DNA of 64,000 bases. Origin: an uncultured Chlamydiales bacterium. Lineage in GTDB: Bacteria; Chlamydiota; Chlamydiia; Chlamydiales; JAAKFR01. Position numbers and translations under genes: made by a program. A model generated the notes under the pieces. That model saw nothing but the letters and a program-made list of their open reading frames with translations, did not search any database and was not told the DNA's origin. Within the stretch, counting starts at the first letter, position 1, and each line of letters begins with the position of its first letter. Where the stretch lies: positions 32,001 through 96,000 of the forward strand of contig OY969414.1 of NCBI GenBank assembly GCA_963699155.1, in the 5' to 3' direction. Below are positions 9,707 to 19,291 of the stretch, piece after piece.

Positions 9707-10972
9707 TCAACGGAAGGTGCGGGAGGGTTTTCTTCGCATCGCGAAGAAGAAGAGGAGAAGAAGGCTGGCGCCCCCGCCAAAAGCCAAAAGGCGTCCCAAC
9801 CTGAAGTGGCTGAGGCGGTGCCAGAGGGTCGGTTTGATCTCTTGGAGTGTCAAAAGGGGAGCTGTTTTGAGTGTGGTTCCTTGAGCATCGATGATTTTGA
9901 CTGTGCCGATCTGACTCCCTTTGGCGATGGGGAGAGGGGGAAAATTCCAGGTAGCAGTGAGTTTGACAGAGGTTGGTTCACTTGGGAAAGAGTCGTAGGC
10001 AATAGCTTCAGTGAGATAGGTGCGCACTTTTCCTCTGGCCCCCGGGATTTTGGCGCTGATTTTCTGCTCCCCATGGGGAAGGAGTTGGATGCGAATTCTT
10101 TTTTCGTTGAAAGCAGACTCAAACATCTTGATAACATCGTCGTAGAGCTCAGAACGGGCTCCTCGATAGCCGAGGACCACGATGATGAGTTCACGATCGT
10201 CTGATTTGGCTGCGGCTACGAGATTCTTTCCTGCAGCAGAGGTGTAGCCCGTTTTCACCCCGATCGCATTGCTATAATGGTGAGAACCATTTCTCAAGAG
10301 ATGATTCCCCTGAATAAAGGTACGCTCTTCTACCAAGTTAGTCTGAGGGCAGATGTAGCGGGGGGTCGAGACGACCTTGCGGAAAAGGGGGTCCTGCAAG
10401 GCCAATTTGGCCATCAGCGCTAGATCATAGGCCGTTGAGACGTGATCTGGATGGTGCAGGCCGTGGGGATTGGTGTAGTGGCTATCGTGACAGCCAATCT
10501 TCTGAAGATAGTCGTTGAGCTCTACCATAAAGTCAGGGATAGAGGAGGAGAGGTTTTGGGCAATCACATTGGCGGCATCATTGGCAGAGGCGACCAGCAG
10601 GGCGTAGAGCAGGTCATAGAAGCGAAATTCTTCTCCATTCTTGATGCCGATGTGGGTACTATCGCTCTCAATCCAGTGTGAAGGGCTTCGATAGTTCGAT
10701 TGTCTCTTGGCTTGAGGGGAAATGGAGGCGATTGTCTCCCGATCAGCGACAAAGGTGCGCCCTAGCTGATCCCGCCCTTTGTGAAGCGCTAAAAGAGCAG
10801 TGGCAATTTTAGTAGTACTTGCCGGATAGGACTTTGTGCGGCCATTTTTCTCGAAAAGCACCTTCCCAGTTTTCGCATTTATCAGGATGGCCGATTCTGC
10901 CCCGATATTGAAATGGAAAGCATCGCCAAAAAGAGGGGTAAGTAGGAGGAAAGTCAAAGAAAACCAGCGCAT
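9707..10972 (-). CDS. dacC: D-alanyl-D-alanine carboxypeptidase (S11)
   Basis: PASTTK (SxxK), SAND (SxN), NPHGL, VKTGYT; signal peptide from MRWFS; C-terminal TM anchor. Confidence 0.9.
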   Translation of the reverse strand: MRWFSLTFLLLTPLFGDAFHFNIGAESAILINAKTGKVLFEKNGRTKSYPASTTKIATALLALHKGRDQLGRTFVADRETIASISPQAKRQSNYRSPSHWIESDSTHIGIKNGEEFRFYDLLYALLVASANDAANVIAQNLSSSIPDFMVELNDYLQKIGCHDSHYTNPHGLHHPDHVSTAYDLALMAKLALQDPLFRKVVSTPRYICPQTNLVEERTFIQGNHLLRNGSHHYSNAIGVKTGYTSAAGKNLVAAAKSDDRELIIVVLGYRGARSELYDDVIKMFESAFNEKRIRIQLLPHGEQKISAKIPGARGKVRTYLTEAIAYDSFPSEPTSVKLTATWNFPPLPIAKGSQIGTVKIIDAQGTTLKTAPLLTLQEIKPTLWHRLSHFRLGRLLAFGGGASLLLLFFFAMRRKPSRTFR

Positions 10973-11073
10973 AAGGATAACAATAAACGATAAGGTCTGA
11001 AGCGCGAAAGACATAAAAATTATTTGACACCCCTTCATTATTTTTCTTAAAATAATCCTGTGGGGGGATCATC

Positions 11074-11496
11074 GTGCATAATCCAGAAGAGTTCGAAGCT
11101 GATTTTAATAAATATATCGGCGACTTAAAAGCTTTTGCTCCTGACGGAGTGGTGGAAATCGATCTATCTTTGCTTCATGACTTAGGTCTTCTCTCCTGTG
11201 AGGAGGCCGAGGAGCAGTATGAGGATACTCTGACCCACCACTTTTATGTGGTCGAGTCATCAGATAAGTTGACCCTCTTCAATCAAAAATATGTCGTATG
11301 GATTGTCCCTCAACTCATCAAGGAAATCCCCACCACCTACACTCTCATTGCGTTGAATGATAAAAAAGAGACCCATCTCGAGATGGTTTTCGCCACTTCA
11401 GGGGTCTATAACCATTCCAGCCTGGTTTTACGCATCCTCGAGAAATTTCTCGATCAGATCGAGGAAAACGAACAGGAGATCTGCCCCTATAATTAA
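11074..11496 (+). CDS. Conserved chlamydial hypothetical protein
   Basis: Acidic 140-aa ORF between dacC and rsbW, as in the chlamydial gene order (HHFYVVES, KLTLFNQKYVVWIVP). Confidence 0.8.
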   Translation: MHNPEEFEADFNKYIGDLKAFAPDGVVEIDLSLLHDLGLLSCEEAEEQYEDTLTHHFYVVESSDKLTLFNQKYVVWIVPQLIKEIPTTYTLIALNDKKETHLEMVFATSGVYNHSSLVLRILEKFLDQIEENEQEICPYN

Positions 11497-11891
11497 CTCA
11501 GTGCAAAGGCTAAGCGCAAAATGTTCTCATTACCGATGCGTTGATAGGAGGCCTCATCGATCGCTTTACGAATCAGAAAGATCCCAAGCCCACCGACCCG
11601 TCTTTCTAAAACAGGCTTATCGAGTTGCGGATTGACATCGACATCGATCGGATTGAAAGGCAATCCTTCATCGCGCAGCATGATTTCAAAACGGTCTCCT
11701 CTTTTCATACACTCAATCAACAAGGGACCTTTTTCTTCAGGATAGGCATAGGAGATGATATTGACGATCGCCTCCTCACAGGCGAGCTCCATTTTATGGG
11801 CCGTTTTCTCATCCATCCCGTTGCGGATCGCCTCAGAACGGAGATGTTCCATCATCTGATCGAGATTGTTGAGATCTGCCAAAAATTCCAT
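11493..11891 (-). CDS. rsbW: Anti-sigma-factor Ser kinase RsbW
   Basis: ELACEEAIVNIISYAY, RDEGLPFNP, GGLGIFLI (HATPase_c_2). Confidence 0.92.
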   Translation of the reverse strand: MEFLADLNNLDQMMEHLRSEAIRNGMDEKTAHKMELACEEAIVNIISYAYPEEKGPLLIECMKRGDRFEIMLRDEGLPFNPIDVDVNPQLDKPVLERRVGGLGIFLIRKAIDEASYQRIGNENILRLAFALS

Positions 11892-11922
11892 CGGCCTTAG
11901 AGAGTTCTACCTTTTTCGGATT

Positions 11923-12513
11923 CTACCAACAGTTGTTGACGTAGTCTACAATCTTTTCGGCGAGGAGGGTATAGAGAGGAGGGAAGGTGGCATCTTGAGC
12001 GATATTGTGCATCTCCAACTGTCCTAAAGAGAAGCGGTTTTCGTTGATGTCGCCGAGGTCAGGTTCAAAATCATAATCGAGCCAGCTTTCGACAAGTAGC
12101 GGACCGAAGATCGAACAACCTGTCCGGCGATCGAGGAGCGATACCTGGGCGCGCATCCTGAGGCGGGCCTCATTAGCTGTGGTGACTTTTGAGGGTTTTT
12201 TTTCTTGTTTATCGGGAGCATAGATAAACCCAATATTGAGATCATCGGGAGGCAAAAGACAGACATTGAGGCTTAAATCGGCGCTATAGTTCACATAGGA
12301 GAGAGCTCCCCGTTCACTCATCGCTTGGATGAGGCGCGTTGTGAAGATCCCACTCTCATCCCCTTCAACGTAAGGGATACAGACTGTCGAATAGCGCTCA
12401 AGCAGCTCTCCACGACCAAAGCGGTAGCCACAGCTGCTCAAAGAGAGAGCAACGATGAGGGCCAATACAAGGTTAGGCGCTTTTCTTGATCGAAATTTTG
12501 CCCAATCGGTCAC
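11923..12513 (-). CDS. LptE-like lipoprotein (start uncertain)
   Basis: Lipobox LSSCGYRF; lies after the bamD-like gene as in chlamydiae. Confidence 0.7.
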   Translation of the reverse strand: MTDWAKFRSRKAPNLVLALIVALSLSSCGYRFGRGELLERYSTVCIPYVEGDESGIFTTRLIQAMSERGALSYVNYSADLSLNVCLLPPDDLNIGFIYAPDKQEKKPSKVTTANEARLRMRAQVSLLDRRTGCSIFGPLLVESWLDYDFEPDLGDINENRFSLGQLEMHNIAQDATFPPLYTLLAEKIVDYVNNCW

Positions 12514-13435
12514 GGCATCTCGCTGCAGCTAGGGTTTCCGGATACCTCAGAATCGCATCCTGATAATAGATGAGCGAGGCGTGAGGTTTTTTCTTCCTTT
12601 CATAAAACCGACCGGTCTCATAAAGACTATTGGCGTAAACCTCTTGCATCGCAACGAGAGTGCGGTGAGCCTGCTCTACGCGCTCATCCGAAGGGAAAGT
12701 TCTCCCAAATTTTTGGATATTTACGTGAGCAAGAGCGAGAAGATCAGGATTTTGTGACTCCCTACGGCTCTCTTCCAGATAGATTTCGGAGATACGCAGG
12801 TAACTTTCTGCCGCTAGAGTATGTTTAGGAAATCGTCTCGCTAAAGTTTGTAGCGACTCGATACTCTCCTTATATTCTTTTTTATTCCTTTCAAGATCGG
12901 CTTTTTGATAGAGGGCGATAGCTGCCAGTTCATGGGCAGGTAGCGCAGCAATGATCTCATCATAAACTTCGACTGCATCCGATTTGGCAGAAGCCCATTT
13001 GGGCAGCTTCTCCACCCCAAACAGATGCTTCTTCTTACCTTCAGCAAATTGATTGGCAATTGCCAATTTATATTCAAAAACTTTTTCAAAATGCTTCAGT
13101 TTGCCACCGAGCGCGAGATATTTATTAAACTGCTTGTTTGCCAGATCGCATTCTTTTTTCTGGTAGTAGCAGACAGCAGAATAGAAGAGGGCATCGCTGT
13201 AAAAAGGAGATTCAGGGTAGTGATAAGCGATCACCATGAAATGTATGAGGGCTTCATCCCAATGATTTTCAGCAAATTCTTGAGAGCCTTGATCATAGTG
13301 CTCTTGCATCGACTGAGTGGGGGTAAAGGTATCTGGAGACCATTTCCCACTGACGCGACTATAGCCACCAAAGAGTAAGATAGGGACCAATGCGATCGAT
13401 AAAAAGTATGGAAATAAACGCATCATTTTCTCCAA
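12473..13435 (-). CDS. bamD: BamD/ComL-like TPR outer-membrane assembly protein
   Basis: Signal peptide; TPR motifs (HYPESPFYSDALFY, RRFPKH, TGRFYER, LRYPET). Confidence 0.75.
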   Translation of the reverse strand: MEKMMRLFPYFLSIALVPILLFGGYSRVSGKWSPDTFTPTQSMQEHYDQGSQEFAENHWDEALIHFMVIAYHYPESPFYSDALFYSAVCYYQKKECDLANKQFNKYLALGGKLKHFEKVFEYKLAIANQFAEGKKKHLFGVEKLPKWASAKSDAVEVYDEIIAALPAHELAAIALYQKADLERNKKEYKESIESLQTLARRFPKHTLAAESYLRISEIYLEESRRESQNPDLLALAHVNIQKFGRTFPSDERVEQAHRTLVAMQEVYANSLYETGRFYERKKKPHASLIYYQDAILRYPETLAAARCRDRLGKISIKKSA

Positions 13436-13505
13436 AAAAAGAAGGGGCCGATCATAATCGGTCGAACCGGTTCATGTCAAACGGAGATAAAGTAGAGTTA
13501 AAGAT

Positions 13506-14462
13506 ATGGCAAAATATTTAGTAACAGGCGGATGCGGATTTATAGGCTCCCACCTAGTTGATCTACTCGTAGAAAAGGGGCATCAGGTCAGGGTGATCGA
13601 TAACTGCATCAATAGCTCTCCTCGTTTTTTACCCCCCGAAGTGGAGTTTTTACCTGCCTCGATCACCGATGAGGAAGAGGTGAAGCATGCGGTCAAAGGG
13701 GTCGATGGCATTTTTCATTTGGCTGCCTTGGTCTCTGTAACCGATTCCATCGACCATTGGCACTCTAACCATCTGGTCAATGGGGCTGCAACCATTCGCC
13801 TCTTCGAGTTGAGCAAAGGAGTCCCTACCATTTTCGCCTCTTCTGCAGCGGTTTATGGGAACCGGCTGGAGCTTCCTCATCTAGAAGAGATGCAACCTAG
13901 CCCCTTATCACCTTATGCCGTCGACAAATATGGTTCAGAGATGCAAGCAAAACTAGCCTGGGAGCTCTTTCAGACCCCAACCCTTTGTTTCCGCTTCTTT
14001 AATGTCTATGGCCCAAGGCAAAACCCATCCTCACCCTATTCAGGAGTCATTTCTAAATTTGCGGAGGCAGTGACTCAGAATCAACCGCTCACGATTTTCG
14101 GAGATGGGAAGCAGGGCCGCGACTTCATTTTCGTCAAAGATGTGGCTGAGAGCCTCTTCAAGGCGATCGGATCCCTCCATCGAGGCGCTGGAGTCTACAA
14201 TCTCTGTACAGGTCAAGGAATCACGATCAATGACCTTGCCCAGTTGATGGCACGAATTGCTCAAAAAAAGATCGAAATTCACTACAAGCCCGAACGTCCT
14301 GGTGAGATCCGCATCTCCCTTGGAGACCCTTCTAAAGCTGAAAAGGAATTGGCCATTAGAGCGAAAACCTCATTGGAGGAGGGGCTTTTTGAAACCCTGA
14401 AATGGCTTTCTAATCCATCAAGCAGGGCAGACAAGTTAAAGCAAACAGGGCAGATCCGTTAA
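13506..14462 (+). CDS. NAD-dependent epimerase/dehydratase (extended SDR, UDP-sugar 4-epimerase-like)
   Basis: VTGGCGFIGSH, HLAA, ASSAAVYG, YAVDK (YxxxK), RFFNVYGP. Confidence 0.92.
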   Translation: MAKYLVTGGCGFIGSHLVDLLVEKGHQVRVIDNCINSSPRFLPPEVEFLPASITDEEEVKHAVKGVDGIFHLAALVSVTDSIDHWHSNHLVNGAATIRLFELSKGVPTIFASSAAVYGNRLELPHLEEMQPSPLSPYAVDKYGSEMQAKLAWELFQTPTLCFRFFNVYGPRQNPSSPYSGVISKFAEAVTQNQPLTIFGDGKQGRDFIFVKDVAESLFKAIGSLHRGAGVYNLCTGQGITINDLAQLMARIAQKKIEIHYKPERPGEIRISLGDPSKAEKELAIRAKTSLEEGLFETLKWLSNPSSRADKLKQTGQIR

Positions 14463-17400
14463 AGCCTTCTGGAAGCTCACCATGTTCACGCCGTGAGTGA
14501 GATGGAGCGTGCCGACGCATTTTCCATCGGCATAAAACTGCATGTGCGTGGGATTGGCTCCAGGATGGGCTTGCAGGAGCTCTTTGAGCTTGAGGATGTG
14601 GGTATGGCGGGTTAAGCGAATATCCACTTTGATCTCACAGAGCTTAGGCGGCTCTTTCGATTTTTCTTGCATAGAACCCTGTTTTGGTTGAGGTGTGAAA
14701 CGGAAAGCTTGCATTTTGGCCCGATCATAGACCTTATCGCAGGCTTCGATCACATTTTCATTCACTTGAGTCAGATCTTCGAGCCATTTGCAAGAGAGGC
14801 GCGTGCTCTCCTCGCGCTTGTCGATCTGGAGAACGGCGTAGAGGAGCTGGTTTTCTAAGAGCAGTTGGCTCTTTTCCTCGTACAGATCGGCCCAAACGGG
14901 GAGTTCATAACTCTCCATCCCATCACTGATATTCAAAATGGCAAACTTCTTCTGATTTTTTTGTGAAATGCGGGTCTGGACCGTTTCTACGATAAAGGCA
15001 GAGCGAATCACATCATTATGGTTGCGATTTTCAATCTCGCAGAGCGGGACACAGGAAAGGCGCTGCAAAAGATGGCTGTAGGCGTCCATCGGGTGTCCCG
15101 TGAGGAAAAAGCCGAGTAGCTCCTTCTCTTTCTTCAAAATATCTGCTTTTGAGCTCGGTCTAGCCACTTTAGGACATTGGGAGAATCGCTTTCCCTGATC
15201 CTCCCCCATGAAGCCAAAGAGGGTGAGAACTCCCACAGCTCTCTCTTTTTGTTCCTGAGAGACCACTTCATAGATCTCTTCGATGCTCTGTTTCAAGGCA
15301 TCTCGAGGCCAGCCTGTAAAGTCGAAACTCCCCGCCTCAACGAATGCCTCGATCGTCTTTTTGCCGACTCTGGCGAGATCGATCCGTTTGAAAAAGGAGT
15401 AGAAGTCGGCAAAGGTTCCTCCCCTAGCTCTTTCTTGAAGAATAGCCTCTACAACTCCCTCTCCAATCCCTTTGATACCGTTCATGGCAAAGCGGATCCC
15501 CTTCTCCGTAGCGACAAATTCTTGACCCGCTTCATTGATATCAGGGGGGAGCATGGTGATCCCCATCATCTGACATTCCCGAATAAATTTGGCCACTTTG
15601 CTGAGATCATCGCGATCGCAAGTCATCAAAGCTGACATCCACTCTTTTGGATAGTTAGCCTTCAAATAGGCTGTCACATAAGTGAGAAAGCCGTAAGCTG
15701 CCGCATGTGACTTGTTGAAACCGTATGAGGCAAATTTTTCAATTTTATCGAAAATTGTCCTTGCCGTCTCCTCGGGGATCCCATTGGCAACAGCCCCTTT
15801 ACGGAATTTTTCCCGCTCCTTCTCCATCTGAGCATGATCTTTTTTCCCCATCGCCTTACGCAGTACATCGCCCTCTCCCAAAGAGTAGTTGGCCAATTTC
15901 TGAGCGATCTGCATCACCTGCTCTTGATAGACCATGATCCCGTAGGTCTCTTCGAGAATCGAAACTAACCATGGATGGTCATAATCGATCGGCTCACGCC
16001 CATGCTTGCGATTGACAAAGGAGGGAATCATATCCATGGGGCCCGGACGGTAGAGAGCGCCGATCGCAATGATCTCCTCAAATTTGTCAGGCATCAACTG
16101 ACGACCCAACTCTTGCATACCTCCAGACTCCATCTGGAACACACCAAGCGTTCTTCCTTGATGGAGCACTTCATAAGCAGCATGGTTATCCAGGGAGAGA
16201 TTGACCCAGTCGATCTCATGACCCGAATTGCGCTTCACTGCATTACAGGCGATCTGAATCGAAGTGAGTGTTTTGAGCCCCAGAAAATCGATTTTGAGCA
16301 TACCGACAGCTTCGACCGGTTTCATCGAATATTGCGTAGCGGCCATCTCAGAGTCTTTTGCCAGGCAAATGGGAATATAATCGGTTAAAGGCTCACCACA
16401 GATGATCATCCCCGCAGCGTGTATTCCGGTATTGCGGATCGATCCTTCCAATTTGCGCCCTAGATCGATAATTTTTTTCGCCTCTTCATCTTCAAGATAC
16501 ATCCGATTGAGGTCGGGATCTATCTCAAGCGCTTTTTCCAGCGTCATTTTGGGATCTTCAGGAACATACTTGGCGATCTGATTCACTTTGGAAAGGGGAA
16601 CAGAGAGGACTCTTCCCACATCCTTAATCGTCATCTTCGCCTTCATCGTACCGAAGGTGATGATCTGAGCCACATTGTCCTTGCCATACTTGCGGACTGT
16701 ATAATCGATCACTTCATTCCTTCGATCCATGCAGATGTCGACATCGATATCGGGATAGGAGATCCTTTCGGGATTGATGAACCGCTCAAAGAATAGATCA
16801 AAACGCAGCGGTTCAATATCGGTCACTCCAATCAAGTAGAGCGTGATAGATCCGGCCCCAGAACCCCTTCCAGGGCCCATCGGAATCCCATTTTTTTTGG
16901 CCCAATTGATGAAATCCCAGACGATCAGAAGATAATCGCACATCTCCTTTGAAATGATCAGCTGCAACTCAAGCTCGAGGCGCTCGCGCACCGTCTGCAT
17001 CGGATCTTTGTTAGGGTATTTTTCAGCGACTTTAGCGAGAGCCTCTGCATGGTAGCGCTTTTCGATTCCCTCTTCACAAAGCTCTCTCAAGAATGCCGCT
17101 GTAGCCACTTTTCTCTTTTCCTGTGAGTACCTTTTTCCCTCGAGAGAGGGAGGAAGATAAACTGGATAGTGCTTGGTATTGAAATCAAATTTCAATTCAC
17201 ACTTCGCGGCCACTTCTAGCGTATTGGTGAGTGCTTCAGGCAGATCGTGAAACCGCTCCGCCATTTCAGCCGGCGATTTAAAATAGAGCTCCTGGCTTGC
17301 ATAAACGCGTCTTTTTGGGTTGGGAACTTTAAAAGTATTATTTCCAAAACTATCCTTCTCCCAAATCTCGACAGGCTCTCCCGATTGGATATTGAGCAAG

Positions 17401-18137
17401 ATCTCATGAGCGTGACAATCTTCTGGTTCCAGATAGTGACTATCGTTGGTCGCCACCAGCTTGATGCCCCATTTTCTGCTTGCTTCGACCAAAAGCTTAT
17501 TGAGCCGCGTCTGCTTGTCGATAAAGTCACGGTAGTATTGCTGTAGCCAGGTTTCGGTGAGAGTGGCCACCTTTTCCTCCGCCATGGCATGTCTCTGTAG
17601 CTCGAGATAGTAATCGTCACCAAAGAGCTCCCGGTGCCAGGCAATTTCGGCCTCAAATTCTTCTTGGGATCCATAGAGAGCCGCTTGAGCCACCTGGCCA
17701 GAGAGACATGCTGAGAGGCAGATCAATCCTTGATGGCACTCCTTCAAAAGCTCCTTATCGATGCGTGGATGGTAATAAAACCCCTCCAGATAACCCTTTG
17801 AGCTCAATCGGCAGAGGTTATGATAGCCTTCCTCATTCTTGGCTAGAAGGATCAAGTGATAGGCTGTCTTCTGATGGGCTCCCCCCTTCTTTTTCTCAAA
17901 TCGCGAGGTTGGCGCCATGTAGACCTCACAGCCGATGATCGCCTTGACCCCCACCGCCTTGCATTCCTTATAGAAATCGATCGCCCCATGCATGTTGCCG
18001 TGGTCGGTCAGCGCTACCGCCTGCAGGCCTAATTCCTTCGCTTTCGCAGCAATACCCTCTATCGAGGCTGCCGCATCAAGAATTGAGTATTGGGAGTGAC
18101 AGTGTAGAGGTACCCACATAGTGTCTGAGGATATCAT
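14436..18137 (-). CDS. dnaE: DNA polymerase III alpha subunit
   Basis: PHP domain LHCHSQYSILD, TDHGN; GPGRGSGAGS, PDIDVD, YGFNKSHAAAY; no intein motifs seen. Confidence 0.98.
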   Translation of the reverse strand: MISSDTMWVPLHCHSQYSILDAAASIEGIAAKAKELGLQAVALTDHGNMHGAIDFYKECKAVGVKAIIGCEVYMAPTSRFEKKKGGAHQKTAYHLILLAKNEEGYHNLCRLSSKGYLEGFYYHPRIDKELLKECHQGLICLSACLSGQVAQAALYGSQEEFEAEIAWHRELFGDDYYLELQRHAMAEEKVATLTETWLQQYYRDFIDKQTRLNKLLVEASRKWGIKLVATNDSHYLEPEDCHAHEILLNIQSGEPVEIWEKDSFGNNTFKVPNPKRRVYASQELYFKSPAEMAERFHDLPEALTNTLEVAAKCELKFDFNTKHYPVYLPPSLEGKRYSQEKRKVATAAFLRELCEEGIEKRYHAEALAKVAEKYPNKDPMQTVRERLELELQLIISKEMCDYLLIVWDFINWAKKNGIPMGPGRGSGAGSITLYLIGVTDIEPLRFDLFFERFINPERISYPDIDVDICMDRRNEVIDYTVRKYGKDNVAQIITFGTMKAKMTIKDVGRVLSVPLSKVNQIAKYVPEDPKMTLEKALEIDPDLNRMYLEDEEAKKIIDLGRKLEGSIRNTGIHAAGMIICGEPLTDYIPICLAKDSEMAATQYSMKPVEAVGMLKIDFLGLKTLTSIQIACNAVKRNSGHEIDWVNLSLDNHAAYEVLHQGRTLGVFQMESGGMQELGRQLMPDKFEEIIAIGALYRPGPMDMIPSFVNRKHGREPIDYDHPWLVSILEETYGIMVYQEQVMQIAQKLANYSLGEGDVLRKAMGKKDHAQMEKEREKFRKGAVANGIPEETARTIFDKIEKFASYGFNKSHAAAYGFLTYVTAYLKANYPKEWMSALMTCDRDDLSKVAKFIRECQMMGITMLPPDINEAGQEFVATEKGIRFAMNGIKGIGEGVVEAILQERARGGTFADFYSFFKRIDLARVGKKTIEAFVEAGSFDFTGWPRDALKQSIEEIYEVVSQEQKERAVGVLTLFGFMGEDQGKRFSQCPKVARPSSKADILKKEKELLGFFLTGHPMDAYSHLLQRLSCVPLCEIENRNHNDVIRSAFIVETVQTRISQKNQKKFAILNISDGMESYELPVWADLYEEKSQLLLENQLLYAVLQIDKREESTRLSCKWLEDLTQVNENVIEACDKVYDRAKMQAFRFTPQPKQGSMQEKSKEPPKLCEIKVDIRLTRHTHILKLKELLQAHPGANPTHMQFYADGKCVGTLHLTHGVNMVSFQKALTDLPCLL

Positions 18138-18156
18138 TCCCCCCGTTTGTTGTCAC

Positions 18157-19290
18157 TCACGCTGTCGAAGAGAGGGTCTTGCGGAAGCGCATCAAAGAGA
18201 TCAAAAATAGGAGAACACCCATCAAAAACAGATAGAAGAACTGTGGCAAAACCACCGCCAGACCTGCTCCTCGAAATAAGATAGACTGGGCAAGTTGCAC
18301 AAAGTGGATATGGGGAGTAAATGCCATAATATTCTGGATAATGGGGGGCATGCTATCACTCGGCGTTACCCCCCCTGAAAGAACGAGCAGGGGTACAAGT
18401 ACCAAGATGAGAATGATGGCGAACTGGGGCATAGAGCGAGAAAATGTGGCTAGAAAGATCCCTAAAGAGGCTGTGGCGAATAGGTCTAGCAATACGCCTA
18501 TCATGAATAAGAAAAGAGAACCTTCAATCGGCATGGAAATGAGAGGTTGTAGAACGGTCAATAATGAGATGAAAGAGATGACGAGTATCACAACCATCAT
18601 GGGCCATATTTTACTCACCATCATTTCGAAGGGTTGCACTGGCATGACGAGCAGATGGTCAATAGTTCCATGTTCCCTTTCTCTCAAAAAAGCTGCTCCT
18701 GTGAGGATCACAGCGAGCATGGTGATGTTATTGATCAGCTCCATCACCCCCATAAACCAGCTCTCCTTCAATTCTGGGTTGTAGAGTATCCTGAAAGGAA
18801 CATCAATGAGAGAAGGAGTCCTCTTTGACCCCTCTTTTTGCATAAAATCGTTAATTTCGCCCAGGATGAGTTGCTGGATATGCTGATTGCCACTTAAAGC
18901 TTGACTCACATTTGTGGCATCGATGTTGAGTTGGATGGTCGCTTTTTTTCCCGCAAGTAGGTCTTGTTCAAACTTCGGAGGTATGCCTACTGAAAAATTA
19001 TCGAGGCCAGCGTTCATCCTATTATCTATTTCACCGAGATTAATTAAAGTGGGAGAAGCGAAATAAGGAGGGTAAAAGGCATCGATAATTCTTCGAGAGA
19101 GTTTCGAATGATCTTCATCAACGATCGAAATGGTTGCTTTATGAAGAGTTTCTGGCATAGAGATCGCTGCGAGATAGATTGAGAGAGTAAAAGCATAGAT
19201 GATAAACCCGATTAAAATAGGATCCCGACGCAGACTTATCAGCTCTTTAACACCGAGAAAGAAGATGTTTTTTAGATGCCTATGGATCAA
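18157..19290 (-). CDS. yhhJ: ABC-2 type permease, YhhJ-like
   Basis: LGVKELISLRRD, REREHGTIDHLLVMP, LSGGVTP, ILFRGAG. Confidence 0.85.
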   Translation of the reverse strand: MIHRHLKNIFFLGVKELISLRRDPILIGFIIYAFTLSIYLAAISMPETLHKATISIVDEDHSKLSRRIIDAFYPPYFASPTLINLGEIDNRMNAGLDNFSVGIPPKFEQDLLAGKKATIQLNIDATNVSQALSGNQHIQQLILGEINDFMQKEGSKRTPSLIDVPFRILYNPELKESWFMGVMELINNITMLAVILTGAAFLREREHGTIDHLLVMPVQPFEMMVSKIWPMMVVILVISFISLLTVLQPLISMPIEGSLFLFMIGVLLDLFATASLGIFLATFSRSMPQFAIILILVLVPLLVLSGGVTPSDSMPPIIQNIMAFTPHIHFVQLAQSILFRGAGLAVVLPQFFYLFLMGVLLFLISLMRFRKTLSSTA

Positions 19291-19291
19291 T

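Noticed and set aside
14436..18137. Possible intein in DnaE
   Set aside because: Length is ordinary for DnaE and there are no splicing motifs.
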